The position numbers were made by a program, and so were the translations under genes. Positions 29,949 to 40,081 of a DNA stretch of 64,000 nucleotides are shown here, piece after piece. The stretch comes from an uncultured virus (IMG/VR IMGVR_UViG_3300033148_003000) (Duplodnaviria > Heunggongvirae > Uroviricota > Caudoviricetes): the IMG/VR virus record IMGVR_UViG_3300033148_003000. The stretch is one strand, 5' to 3'. The stretch's first letter is position 1, and each line of letters begins with the position of its first letter. The notes below the pieces were generated by a model that searched no databases, was not told the DNA's origin, and saw only the letters and a list, made by a program, of their open reading frames with translations.

Positions 29949-30112
29949 TCCCTATTGTTACAATTCTTAATAATACATATGTGTTCTTTTAAATTTTTGT
30001 TTTTAAACCTGTTCTAAAAGAAGGATTATGTGCTAAATTTTTAGTTTAATAATCATTAAAATTATTTTTTTTTTATTTTAATTTTGAGACTATAGAGTAA
30101 ATATTACGTATT

Positions 30113-30420
30113 ATCTTTTTTTTAATTATTTATTTAGTAATTTATATTAATAAATAATATATTAATAAATAATATATTAATAAATAATATATTAATAAAT
30201 AATATATTAGTAAATAATATATTAATAAATAATATATTAATAAATAATTTATATTTTCTTTTTTTTTAATTATTTATTTAGTAATTTATATTAATAAATA
30301 ATATATTAATAAATAATATATTAGTAAATAATATATTAATAAATAATATATTAATAAATAATTTATATTTTCTTTTTTTTTTTAATTATTTATTTAGTAA
30401 TTTATATTTAGTAATTTATT
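30113..30420. repeat. AT-rich hierarchical repeat array (15-bp TAATAAATAATATAT units in two blocks); candidate origin
   Basis: About 7 plus 5 units; leader TTAATTATTTATTTAGTAATTTATA occurs three times; at the strand switch. Confidence 0.9.
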
Positions 30421-30476
30421 AAACTAATAGGCCAAATTTTAAAAAAAAATAATTTCAATTATTAAAAATTGAGGGG

Positions 30477-30505
30477 TTTACAAAACTTAATAATTGTGTT
30501 ATAAT
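30477..30505 (+). promoter_or_regulatory. Sigma70-like promoter for the packaging operon
   Basis: TTTACA-17-TATAAT with extended TG. Confidence 0.75.
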
Positions 30506-30532
30506 AAAAATATAATAAATAAAAGGTGTATC

Positions 30533-30889
30533 ATGAAAAAAATAAAAAAGAAAAAAATGTTTGGTAATGAATTGTTAATTGAATATGAAAAATTAGCAGA
30601 AGATGCTAGAACAAAAAAAAGAAAAAATGATCTAAAATTAGCCATTAAATGGATAAAAATAAATCGAGTTAAATTAAATAAAACTGAACAATCTATTTTA
30701 ATGAGTACAGATATTACAAATATTCATTATAATGAAATAATATGTGATGTATGTAAAAATACAAACATTGTAACTAATGAATTAAATCCTCAAGAATATC
30801 ATGAACTTGATAAAGAAATAGATAAAGAAATTAAAACTAAACAGGTAATAACTTTACAAAATATTTTGGATAAAAATAATAATGATTAA
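30533..30889 (+). CDS. Hypothetical protein (likely ATG start at 30533)
   Basis: AAGGTG RBS; the track start at 30494 lies inside the promoter. Confidence 0.55.
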   Translation: MKKIKKKKMFGNELLIEYEKLAEDARTKKRKNDLKLAIKWIKINRVKLNKTEQSILMSTDITNIHYNEIICDVCKNTNIVTNELNPQEYHELDKEIDKEIKTKQVITLQNILDKNNND

Positions 30890-31589
30890 TAAACCAAATA
30901 AAAAAACCCCTAATTCATTAGAATTAATACCAGATATATCATATGATACAATCCCAGAAGGTAAAATGCAATTAATGCAACGTAGTGACAGTGTTGCACA
31001 ATTATTAAACACATTACCTTCACTTGAATATGAGGTTTTATTATTAGCAAGTAAAGGTTTATCTTCACAACGCATCACTAAATATATTATGGAAATAATT
31101 GAAGATATTGACGAACCCTATTTTTTAGATAAAAATATTGAAAATATTAGCAATACTGAAATGGAATATGGAATTGAAGAATTTTTACATAAAGGTGAAA
31201 TTAAAGATTATTTATTATTCCTAAAGGAATCAACATCAAATAAAACATACCGAAAATTACAACTAGAAACAATCACATTTGAAGTCTATTCGACAATTAT
31301 AAAGAAAATTAAAAAGGGTGAAATTGAAAATTGGACAATTAATCAATTAATTTCCTTAAGTGATAAAATGTTAAAATCATTACATCTAGAAGAAGACCGA
31401 AATAAAGAAATAACCATGGATGGTATTAAAATAATTGCTAATCATTATAAAAACATCAATATTAATCCAATCATTACTAGTGAAGAAGGTTTTAATTTTC
31501 TTGATGTGAAATATTTTGGTGATAAATTAAGTAATAAAACACCATTCACAAAACCTGAAGATGCCGAAATTATTACACATGATGATTAG
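30882..31589 (+). CDS. Possible terminase small subunit
   Basis: Directly upstream of TerL; HTH-like KGLSSQRIT segment; positional inference. Confidence 0.4.
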   Translation: MINKPNKKTPNSLELIPDISYDTIPEGKMQLMQRSDSVAQLLNTLPSLEYEVLLLASKGLSSQRITKYIMEIIEDIDEPYFLDKNIENISNTEMEYGIEEFLHKGEIKDYLLFLKESTSNKTYRKLQLETITFEVYSTIIKKIKKGEIENWTINQLISLSDKMLKSLHLEEDRNKEITMDGIKIIANHYKNININPIITSEEGFNFLDVKYFGDKLSNKTPFTKPEDAEIITHDD

Positions 31590-31628
31590 TTAAATAGAAT
31601 TATTAAAAATTTTTAGAAGATTGGATTT

Positions 31629-33032
31629 ATGAAAACTTTCAGAAGAAATGTTAAATTAATAGACAAAAATAACCTATCAATACCAGAATATATAGCTTTA
31701 TACAAGGCTAATCCTGCATTATGGGGTTACGAACAAACTACAATCTTCTATGATGAAAATTTGGGAATTGTTAATAAACCTCATTATTACCAATGTTTGG
31801 TAATGAATGGAACATATTCAAACAAGATGACTGTTGTACTTAAGTGTAGACAGTGTTTAGAAGGATCGACATCTATAGATTTACCTTTAAATGAATCAAT
31901 ATCTATAAAAGAGTTATATAAATTATATAAAAATGAAGATTGGTTACCAACAATACTTTCTTTAGACAAAAATAACAAATTGGTAACTGATGAAATAGTT
32001 GATATATGGAAAGTTGGAACAAGATCAGTATTTAAATTATCCTTTGATAATAAATCATATGATTCTATTTCAACACTGGAACATAAATATAACACATCCC
32101 AAGGATATTTAGAATTATCCAAATTAAGAAAAGGTGATTTGGTTATTTGTAAACAAAATAACCAAATGGTTTATAAACCCGTGAAATCAATTGAATATTA
32201 TGGGGAAGAAGAATGTTATGATTTAACTACCAAAATTCATCATAATTACATCGCTAATGGTGTATCAACACATAATTCAGGATTTTCTACAGCGTTGACA
32301 ACTTTATTTGCACATGATGTTCTTTTTGGTCTAATCAAAGGAATTCTTTTTGTATCTATTAGTAAATTTCACGCAGAAGAATTAATGGATAAATTCTATA
32401 AAGTATTAGATTCTATAATAGATCCACGTTTTAAGGTTAGTTATGTGCGTAAAACAAAAACTGAATGTGAATTTGTCAATGGTGTAAAGGCTAGATCTTT
32501 ATCTAGTAATCCAAAAACCATGATAGGGTTTACTGGATCTGTATTATGGGATGAAGCAGGTCAATTTGATAAACAATTGAGTGAAGAAGTTGCAATAAAT
32601 CTTTTCCCATCAATTACAAAACCTGGAACTCGTATGTATGTTGTTTCAACACCATTTGGTAAGAACAACGTATTTCATAAATTATGTACAGAATCAAAAG
32701 AATTATGTAGAAATTTAGATTTAGATGATGTAGGACCTAAACTAATCAAAGTACATTGGAAAGATGTACCTCATGTTATGAAAGAAGCTCATAATTTACG
32801 TGCTCATTGTCCAACGGAAACAGCATGGGATATGGGTTATTGTTTAAAATTTGGTGATGGTACGTTGGATTCATTATTTCCATATGAATTTATGCGTGAT
32901 TATGCATATAGTAATGTTGAAGAAATATTACCATTTAATTTGGAACAATTGGTTTTAATGGATAATTCAAAAGATTATTTAATAAAAGAATCACCTTTGT
33001 ATTTACCAACTTTACAATATCAAGGATTTTAA
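31629..33032 (+). CDS. terL: Terminase large subunit, ATPase part, with mini-intein
   Basis: YYQ, KCRQ|SGFST Walker A after splicing, VLWDEA Walker B, VSTPFG coupling motif. Confidence 0.9.
   Translation: MKTFRRNVKLIDKNNLSIPEYIALYKANPALWGYEQTTIFYDENLGIVNKPHYYQCLVMNGTYSNKMTVVLKCRQCLEGSTSIDLPLNESISIKELYKLYKNEDWLPTILSLDKNNKLVTDEIVDIWKVGTRSVFKLSFDNKSYDSISTLEHKYNTSQGYLELSKLRKGDLVICKQNNQMVYKPVKSIEYYGEEECYDLTTKIHHNYIANGVSTHNSGFSTALTTLFAHDVLFGLIKGILFVSISKFHAEELMDKFYKVLDSIIDPRFKVSYVRKTKTECEFVNGVKARSLSSNPKTMIGFTGSVLWDEAGQFDKQLSEEVAINLFPSITKPGTRMYVVSTPFGKNNVFHKLCTESKELCRNLDLDDVGPKLIKVHWKDVPHVMKEAHNLRAHCPTETAWDMGYCLKFGDGTLDSLFPYEFMRDYAYSNVEEILPFNLEQLVLMDNSKDYLIKESPLYLPTLQYQGF
31854..32276 (+). mobile_element. 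Mini-intein (141 aa, no endonuclease)
   Basis: CLEG start, STLEHK block B, CYDLT...THN then Ser+1; interrupts Walker A. Confidence 0.92.
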
Positions 33033-33067
33033 GAAAAACAAAAGTTTAAGGTTTTAAGAAAAAAAAA

Positions 33068-33739
33068 ATGGGTAAAAGAAATAGTGAAATATTTGAAATA
33101 GTTTATAATGAAGATAATCAACCTTATGAAAAGTCGTACACGGGAAGATATGTCAAAACCGATAATGGGTGGGAAAAACCCTATATTACTCGTGTAATTG
33201 GTTGGGATCCTGGAAAAAAACGTGATATGGCGAGTTTATGTATCCTTGATAAATGTCATGATAACATTTACCGTATTGTTGGTATAATTGAATGGAAAAA
33301 TATGTTTTGGCCATTACAATATCAACATATAGAAAGATTATCAAAAATATTAGAAGTTGATGTTTTTGCATTTGATGCAAACGGACCAGGTAATACATGT
33401 GAAGATACATTTCTCAATTTAGATCATGACGGTAAACCAATTTATCCATATTTAAGTAAAATTAATATGATCCCTGTTTATGCACATAATAGACAATTTA
33501 AATTAGATGCATATGGTGATATCAAAAATTTAATGGTAAAACATAGATTTAAATTTCCAAGAAATTTTAAAGGTTTAGAAGATCAATTTGCTGCGTTAAC
33601 AATATCTAACGAAGGTAAAATATCACACCCTAAAGGAACTTTTATAGATACACCTTCTGCTATTATGATTGCAGCGAGTGTATTTTTAACTAAAAGAGGT
33701 AATGTAAAACATAAAAAATTTAGAATATTAGGTCATTAA
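33068..33739 (+). CDS. terL: Terminase large subunit, RNase H-like nuclease part
   Basis: IGWDPGKKRD, FDANGPG, DTPSAIMIA; between ATPase and portal. Confidence 0.85.
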   Translation: MGKRNSEIFEIVYNEDNQPYEKSYTGRYVKTDNGWEKPYITRVIGWDPGKKRDMASLCILDKCHDNIYRIVGIIEWKNMFWPLQYQHIERLSKILEVDVFAFDANGPGNTCEDTFLNLDHDGKPIYPYLSKINMIPVYAHNRQFKLDAYGDIKNLMVKHRFKFPRNFKGLEDQFAALTISNEGKISHPKGTFIDTPSAIMIAASVFLTKRGNVKHKKFRILGH

Positions 33740-33756
33740 AATTAAAGGAAAATAAA

Positions 33757-35424
33757 ATGGGAATGTTAGAAGAAATTACTCAAATATTTAAATCACCTAT
33801 TGAGAGGTCATCTAAAGATATTTCTGATAATTATCAAATTAAAGGTGGATTTAAAAGAAATAAATATTTAAAAGGTTTACAACCAACTTCATCTAAAAGA
33901 GTTGATACATTTATTTTAGATGATAATTATATCGAAGGTTTACAATTTGATCAAAGAATCGATTTATATAAAAAAATGTATTTGAGTTCAGGTTGGGTAC
34001 AAAGGGGTATAGATGCAATCGTTGCAGATTGTTTAAACACATTTCCTTTGGTTGATATTGTATTTGACGAAGATCGCATGAATAAAGATGTAGATTATGG
34101 TAAAAAGATTTTAAATCTTAAATCTTTGATGGAAAATCCATCTAATGAAATGGGTAAACGTCAATTATTTAGGTTAACATATATGGAATTATTAGCTTAC
34201 GGTAATTCATTTTGGCAAAAGATATGGAATAAATCAAAAAATGAAATATTAAGTTTTGTAAAATTAAGACCTGAAACAATGAGAATTATTCCCAAATTAG
34301 ATAAAATAACTGGTATGACTCAATATTTTTATTTGCAAGAGTTGGGTGAAGACGAAAAAGGGATATTACAATATAAAGTATTTAATCAAGATGATGTGAT
34401 TCACTTTAAAGTTGATAATATCGTTAACCCGTTATACGGAAAATCAAAACTTGATGGTTTAATGTATACAGTATATATGGATCTTCAAGCACAAAAATAT
34501 CAATCAAAATTCTTTAAATATGGGGTTTCACCAGGTTGTATTATCAATATTGATGACACAGGAATGAATGAAGATGAATTAGATTATATCAATGATGTTG
34601 TAAAACAAAAATACAACAATATGAAGGAACCTCATTCACCAATGATTTTAATGGGTAAGAGTATGAAGATCGTTAACGATAAAGATACTCTTTCTGATTT
34701 AGGATTACGTGATTTGAGAGAAGCAGATATACATGAAATTCTCAATATTTTAGGTATTCCACCATTATTATTATCAATAGGTAAATTACAAATACAAAGA
34801 CAAGACACAGCGGTAGATAACTATGTGAAACAAACTGTTGCACCTTTACAAAATTGTTTTTGTGATACAATCAATGAACAACTTATTAAACGTCACTACG
34901 ATGAACCTTCAATTATTTTGACAACAGGTAGTCAAATTGTACCAGGAACAAACGATGCAGCAGACTTCGTAAAGACAGTTATGCAAGTTGTTCCAATGAC
35001 GTTTAACGAAGTTAGAGAAAGAGTTGGTTTAACACTCTTAGAAGAAGGTGGATCAGAATTCTTAATATATACACCAAATGGAGTTGTTCCACTTAATTAT
35101 CACTTTAATTTTGAAGATGATCAGGATGACCCAGAACGTAAATATACTTTAGATGCTAAAGGAAGAGCCATAGATCCTAAAAAAATGGTTTCGACTATTA
35201 ATCTAAAACTGGGACAAAAAATTAAAAGAGAACAATTTAAATTGTCTTCATGTAATAATAGAACATCATCTTTAAATTTTAATAAACAAATAATCAAACT
35301 TGGTGAAATACAACGTGAAAGAGATAATACAAATGAAAAAGATTATTATCAAAATAGTTTAGATAATTTAAAATTACAAACCAACAAAATTGGTAATTCA
35401 AGATCTAGAAAAGTGTGTGTGTGA
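33757..35424 (+). CDS. Portal protein
   Basis: YGNSF, LRPETM, DVIHFK, LYGKS, FFKYGVSPG, LGIPP, TFNEVRE. Confidence 0.9.
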   Translation: MGMLEEITQIFKSPIERSSKDISDNYQIKGGFKRNKYLKGLQPTSSKRVDTFILDDNYIEGLQFDQRIDLYKKMYLSSGWVQRGIDAIVADCLNTFPLVDIVFDEDRMNKDVDYGKKILNLKSLMENPSNEMGKRQLFRLTYMELLAYGNSFWQKIWNKSKNEILSFVKLRPETMRIIPKLDKITGMTQYFYLQELGEDEKGILQYKVFNQDDVIHFKVDNIVNPLYGKSKLDGLMYTVYMDLQAQKYQSKFFKYGVSPGCIINIDDTGMNEDELDYINDVVKQKYNNMKEPHSPMILMGKSMKIVNDKDTLSDLGLRDLREADIHEILNILGIPPLLLSIGKLQIQRQDTAVDNYVKQTVAPLQNCFCDTINEQLIKRHYDEPSIILTTGSQIVPGTNDAADFVKTVMQVVPMTFNEVRERVGLTLLEEGGSEFLIYTPNGVVPLNYHFNFEDDQDDPERKYTLDAKGRAIDPKKMVSTINLKLGQKIKREQFKLSSCNNRTSSLNFNKQIIKLGEIQRERDNTNEKDYYQNSLDNLKLQTNKIGNSRSRKVCV

Positions 35425-35487
35425 TTTTACCAATAATTAATATTTATAAATATTTATAAATATTTGTAAATTTTTGTAACATTCATG

Positions 35488-35516
35488 TTGCAATTTTTAT
35501 TAATATGTGTTATGAT
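35488..35516 (+). promoter_or_regulatory. Sigma70-like promoter
   Basis: TTGCAA-17-TATGAT with extended TG; preceded by 10-bp TATTTATAAA tandem repeats. Confidence 0.7.
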
Positions 35517-35545
35517 GAAATAAATATCAAAGGAGAAATTAACAA

Positions 35546-35880
35546 ATGTTTAATGAAGGAACTGCACCTTGGGATTAAATTGTTAATAAAAATGAAAGAT
35601 TTTAAATTATGAAAAAGTAAAATGTGAAGAAATAATTAACATTGAAAGTATACTTAATATTGAATTACATACACTTGAACCATTCGGGTATGATAAACTA
35701 TTACATGCTATAGTTGTTAATTATAAATTACAATATAGTCTTGAACCATCTGAATTATATTTTACTACTGAAGAATTAAGAGATGAAGTATATAAAGATA
35801 TTGTTGAACAATTAATCTATAAAAATAAATCAACTAAATTTTTATTTATAGGAGTTGAGAAAAATGAATATCAAATTTGA
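35546..35880 (+). pseudogene. Frameshifted gene, or 10-codon leader plus start-less ORF
   Basis: AAGGAG RBS, MFNEGTAPWD*, then a 94-codon open frame (35596-35880) without ATG. Confidence 0.45.
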
Positions 35881-36537
35881 TTATAAAAATAAATCATATA
35901 TGTATAATTCAGAAAATAACAATTTTGAAGAAATGATTAAATCTATTTTAATTAATTTAATAAATTTAAATATACCAATACCTATTAATTTATCAGATTC
36001 TTCAGAATGGGAATCTCTTATGATGGAATATAGAAGTTCAATTGTAGAACAAAGTGATTTACTTAACATATTATTTTATTAGGAGAATAATAAATGATAG
36101 TATCATCAACAAATTTAGAAACATTATTAAATCATCTTAAAATATTGTTAGAAAAACATTATGATTTACATAAAGATAGATTAATTGAAAAGTATCATCC
36201 TGATACTGTATTAAATGAATTTATTGAAGTAAATGTTAATATTAATGCTAAAGGTGTGTATGATTTAACTTCAAATAAACAAATTGTACAATATTCATTT
36301 AATGATTGTTATGATGAAGCTGTTAAAATATTATCAAAGAAGTAATAAAAAATGTTAATAAATGACAAATTTTTACAAATTTCTTTAAATCCAAATGAAT
36401 CAGAGTTTAAAAAATATCAACAAGAAATAAACAATAAAATATTTAAAATTTTAACTATACCTTATAATTTTATATTAGGATATCTAAAACAAAATCAAAT
36501 GACACTTTATCAACATTATAATAAAGAGGAGATATAA

Positions 36538-37578
36538 ATGATAAAAGATTCCCAAAAAGATGATTGGTTAGTATGGAAAGATCTAGAAGATCAAGTAAAA
36601 CAACCTAATAAAGAATTTATCAAGATAAAAGTTAATATACCTAAAGAAAAAAAGAACAAGTCTGGACGGTATTTCTTTGATTCTGAGGATAAAGTAATTA
36701 AAACTGTTGATATACCTTTAAATTCACCTTGGTCTAAAACAATCGCTGGAATTTCATTTAGAGAAGGTTATACAGTTTATGAATCAGATGTGGGAAAAGA
36801 TCTTGAATTAGTAACTGATTATAACAACAAATGGGATGAAGATGCAATACAGATTCATTTCAATAACCAAAATTTAGGGTTTTGTTGTCAAGGAGTTTAC
36901 AAACAATGGACTGCAACAAAAGTTAAAAAATTGTTAGAGATGGGCTACCAAATAAAAGCCCGAATTTTAAGTGTAAATGGTGGTATCCCAGAATTTGAAA
37001 AATTGGTAAATGAACCCGATAAATTGTTGGAATTATTTGCAGACAAATATGTTTTGAATTTTGAAAAAACATTTGATGTAGTACTGAAGTATCCCAATAA
37101 TCCAACTAAACCCATCGACAAGGTGAGTGATTTAAGAGAAAAACTAAATAAAGAAATTGATAAAGACATTGATATTAATGAATTACTTTTACCTTTACAA
37201 AATGAATGGAATTTATATAAAATATTACTAGAAGAAATAAAAAAACTGCAAAAAGAAGTAAACAAAGAAGAAGTTAAAAATATTATAAAAAATCAACCCC
37301 AAAAAGTTGAAGAACTAGTAGAGTTGATTAAATTAAATAAATACACCAAAATAAAAAAATTAACAGGGTTAAATATTCAACAAAAAGGAGTTAATTATAG
37401 TTTGTTGGTGATTCCAACAAAAGACGTTAATCAAAATACCAACCAAGTTGATCAATGTGAAGACGACGAAGTTGATCAAAGTGAAGTTGATCAAAATAAC
37501 CAAACACAATCTTCAAAAAAAAGACAATTTGTATCAACTCAAACAATAAATTCTAAAATGGGATTTTACATGGAATAA
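36538..37578 (+). CDS. HIRAN-domain protein
   Basis: IAGISFR...LELVTDYNNKWDEDAIQI...LGF. Confidence 0.7.
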   Translation: MIKDSQKDDWLVWKDLEDQVKQPNKEFIKIKVNIPKEKKNKSGRYFFDSEDKVIKTVDIPLNSPWSKTIAGISFREGYTVYESDVGKDLELVTDYNNKWDEDAIQIHFNNQNLGFCCQGVYKQWTATKVKKLLEMGYQIKARILSVNGGIPEFEKLVNEPDKLLELFADKYVLNFEKTFDVVLKYPNNPTKPIDKVSDLREKLNKEIDKDIDINELLLPLQNEWNLYKILLEEIKKLQKEVNKEEVKNIIKNQPQKVEELVELIKLNKYTKIKKLTGLNIQQKGVNYSLLVIPTKDVNQNTNQVDQCEDDEVDQSEVDQNNQTQSSKKRQFVSTQTINSKMGFYME

Positions 37579-39718
37579 GTTAAATAATTAATAAAAAATA
37601 GACAGACAGACAGATAGATATTGAGTAAAATAGTTAGTTAGTTAGTTAGTAAAGAGGTAATAAAATGAATTTAAAGTTTAAACGTAATAATGAATTAATA
37701 GAATGGTCTTATTTATTTGATGTAAAAAATATTAATGTACATAAGTCAGGAAATTTTCATATAGATGAAATAAATAGGGATAGAAGTATATATCATAGAT
37801 ATATATTTATAGATAATGTTAAAAGTTACAAAGATATTAAAAATGCTGTTTTTCATGAAGTTTTACAAAATATAATTCATGCTAAAAGAATATATGGATC
37901 TTTTAAAAATGGTGATGAATTTGTGTGTTATTTTGATCAATGTGTATATGTTATGAATGATAAAGGTGAAACAATTGATACACATTTTTACACTGGTTAA
38001 AGATTAAAGATTCTGTCTGTTTATTTTTATTACAATAAAAGGATAATTAAAATATGAAAGCTGAAACTATAACATATACATATAAATCAAAACCTTCATT
38101 CTTAGAAGATATATTTTATGCGGTGGGATTAGAACCACCGTCTACAGTATTAGAGGATAACAAGTTATATATTATAGATCCTTGTCATGGTGTTGTGCCA
38201 GTAGGAGAATGGACAGGTGATGAATACATCTGGGATTATACTTTTTATAATGAATTAAAAAGTTTTAAATAAAGTTTAAATGTCCACGGAAATGAACCTC
38301 ACGTCGTCTCTATTGTATATGAAATATAAATTAGGTGTGTTGGTGTCTATGTTATATAAATAGTTAGTGTGGAGCCTTAAAAGGAGAATTAAAATGAGTA
38401 AAGAAGAAAAAGGTGATAAAGGGAAATTATTTACGTTTGATGAATTAAGATCAAGATATAAAGAAATGGTTGAGAAAAGAAACATAAATAATCCACCTAG
38501 TTGGACTGAAATGGAATTGATGGGTGTTAATTTAAATTGTTTACCTAAAGAATATATGACACGTCGTTTACAAGATGTTGAATTAACAGGAAATAAAACA
38601 TCTAATGAATAATACTCTTATTGAAATTAGAAATAATAAAAATGAAATACTTTGTTATAATTATCAATCTTGTAGAGAAATTTGTAAAGGTGATTACATA
38701 TATGATAATGTAAGTAATCAACCTAATTGGAAAGTAACACATATTTGTCATAGATGTACTTCAGATCATTTAATAATATACGTTAAAGATTATAGAATGA
38801 AATTCAAAGAGGTTAAATAAATGTCAATGTATTTTTGTAAAACATGTGAGTCTATATTTGAATTTTCAATAATTTGTATAAGTGAAGATTATAAATATAA
38901 AATAGGATGTTATTGTCCAGTTTGTAATGAACAAAATATTAAACTTTTAGAAGAGGAGTAAAAATGATAGTTAAAGAAGTATGTGATGATGAATAATAAC
39001 TTAAATATCGAATGGACACCTGATAAAATTAAACACTATAATTGGTGTTTTCAAACAACAATGTTAGCACCTAAGTTTTTACGAAGACCATGGGGTTATG
39101 TGGTATTATTTGTTGCCAATATATTTAAAGAAGAAGTTTGGGATAAACTACTTAAACATGGATGTTTTGAAGAAGAAGATAAATTAGCTAATAAATTGGG
39201 TGTTGAAGATGCAATTAAATGCGACGTATCATTTTGGTGGGGTTTGTAATGATTTGTAAAACGATTTGTAAAGAATACGACACAATTAAAGGTTTTATTT
39301 ATAAACAGTTAATAGGCTTAATAAATAAAATTAACAAATATTTAGAATTTAAAATTAAAAAAATACAAGAAAATACATGGTTATTAAAACATAAAAATGT
39401 TAATTTTGGTATTGATTCTAGTATACAAACAAAATTTACATATACTAGATATTTAGAATGTGGTATTGAACCAGGAATGTTTGACAGTGAATCGATTGCA
39501 ACGTTTTCAACATTTAACGGTATTTCTACATCTATATTTGTTGATAAACGATTAATAATTGATGATATAATTAATGATAATTTTACAACATATTTAAAAG
39601 TTGAAGAATTAATATCAGATGGTTGTTTTTCTGTAATTAGATTACCTGTTGAATCAAATAACTTAGGTAGTGTTATAAAAGTCGGAATAAATCAATTGAA
39701 ACCATTTAAGGATTAAAA

Positions 39719-40081
39719 ATGTTAAACAATGTTAGTATATATGATATAAATCAAGAAGATTTGTTTTGTTTAAATAAACAAATAGATTTTGTGGATTATT
39801 TATCAAATTTATTTGGTAAAGAACATTATTTAATAAATACTTCAGAATATGAAAAAATTATTAAATACGTTACATTTGTAAGTAAAAGATATGAACCCAA
39901 AGTTGATGTGAGTAGATGTAGAATTAATTTTAAAGATTTTTATAAAAATCTTGATATATTTTCTACAAAATATCCTCATCATAATAAAAATAAAGAAATT
40001 ATTTCGTTTAATGAACTTTCTAAAAAATGGCAACAAATTTTTATTAATTCTAGTAAATTTAAAAGGAGTAAAAATGTCTAA
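39719..40081 (+). CDS. Hypothetical protein
   Basis: Co-oriented ORF with AAGGA RBS. Confidence 0.5.
   Translation: MLNNVSIYDINQEDLFCLNKQIDFVDYLSNLFGKEHYLINTSEYEKIIKYVTFVSKRYEPKVDVSRCRINFKDFYKNLDIFSTKYPHHNKNKEIISFNELSKKWQQIFINSSKFKRSKNV

Noticed and set aside
33021..33070. Simple +1/-1 frameshift or single-base error joining the terminase halves
   Set aside because: Both shifted frames stop (33047 and 33055) before the nuclease ORF.
38276..38380. Possible small structured RNA (TCCAC/GTGGA ends)
   Set aside because: Only a 5-bp closing stem; too little support.
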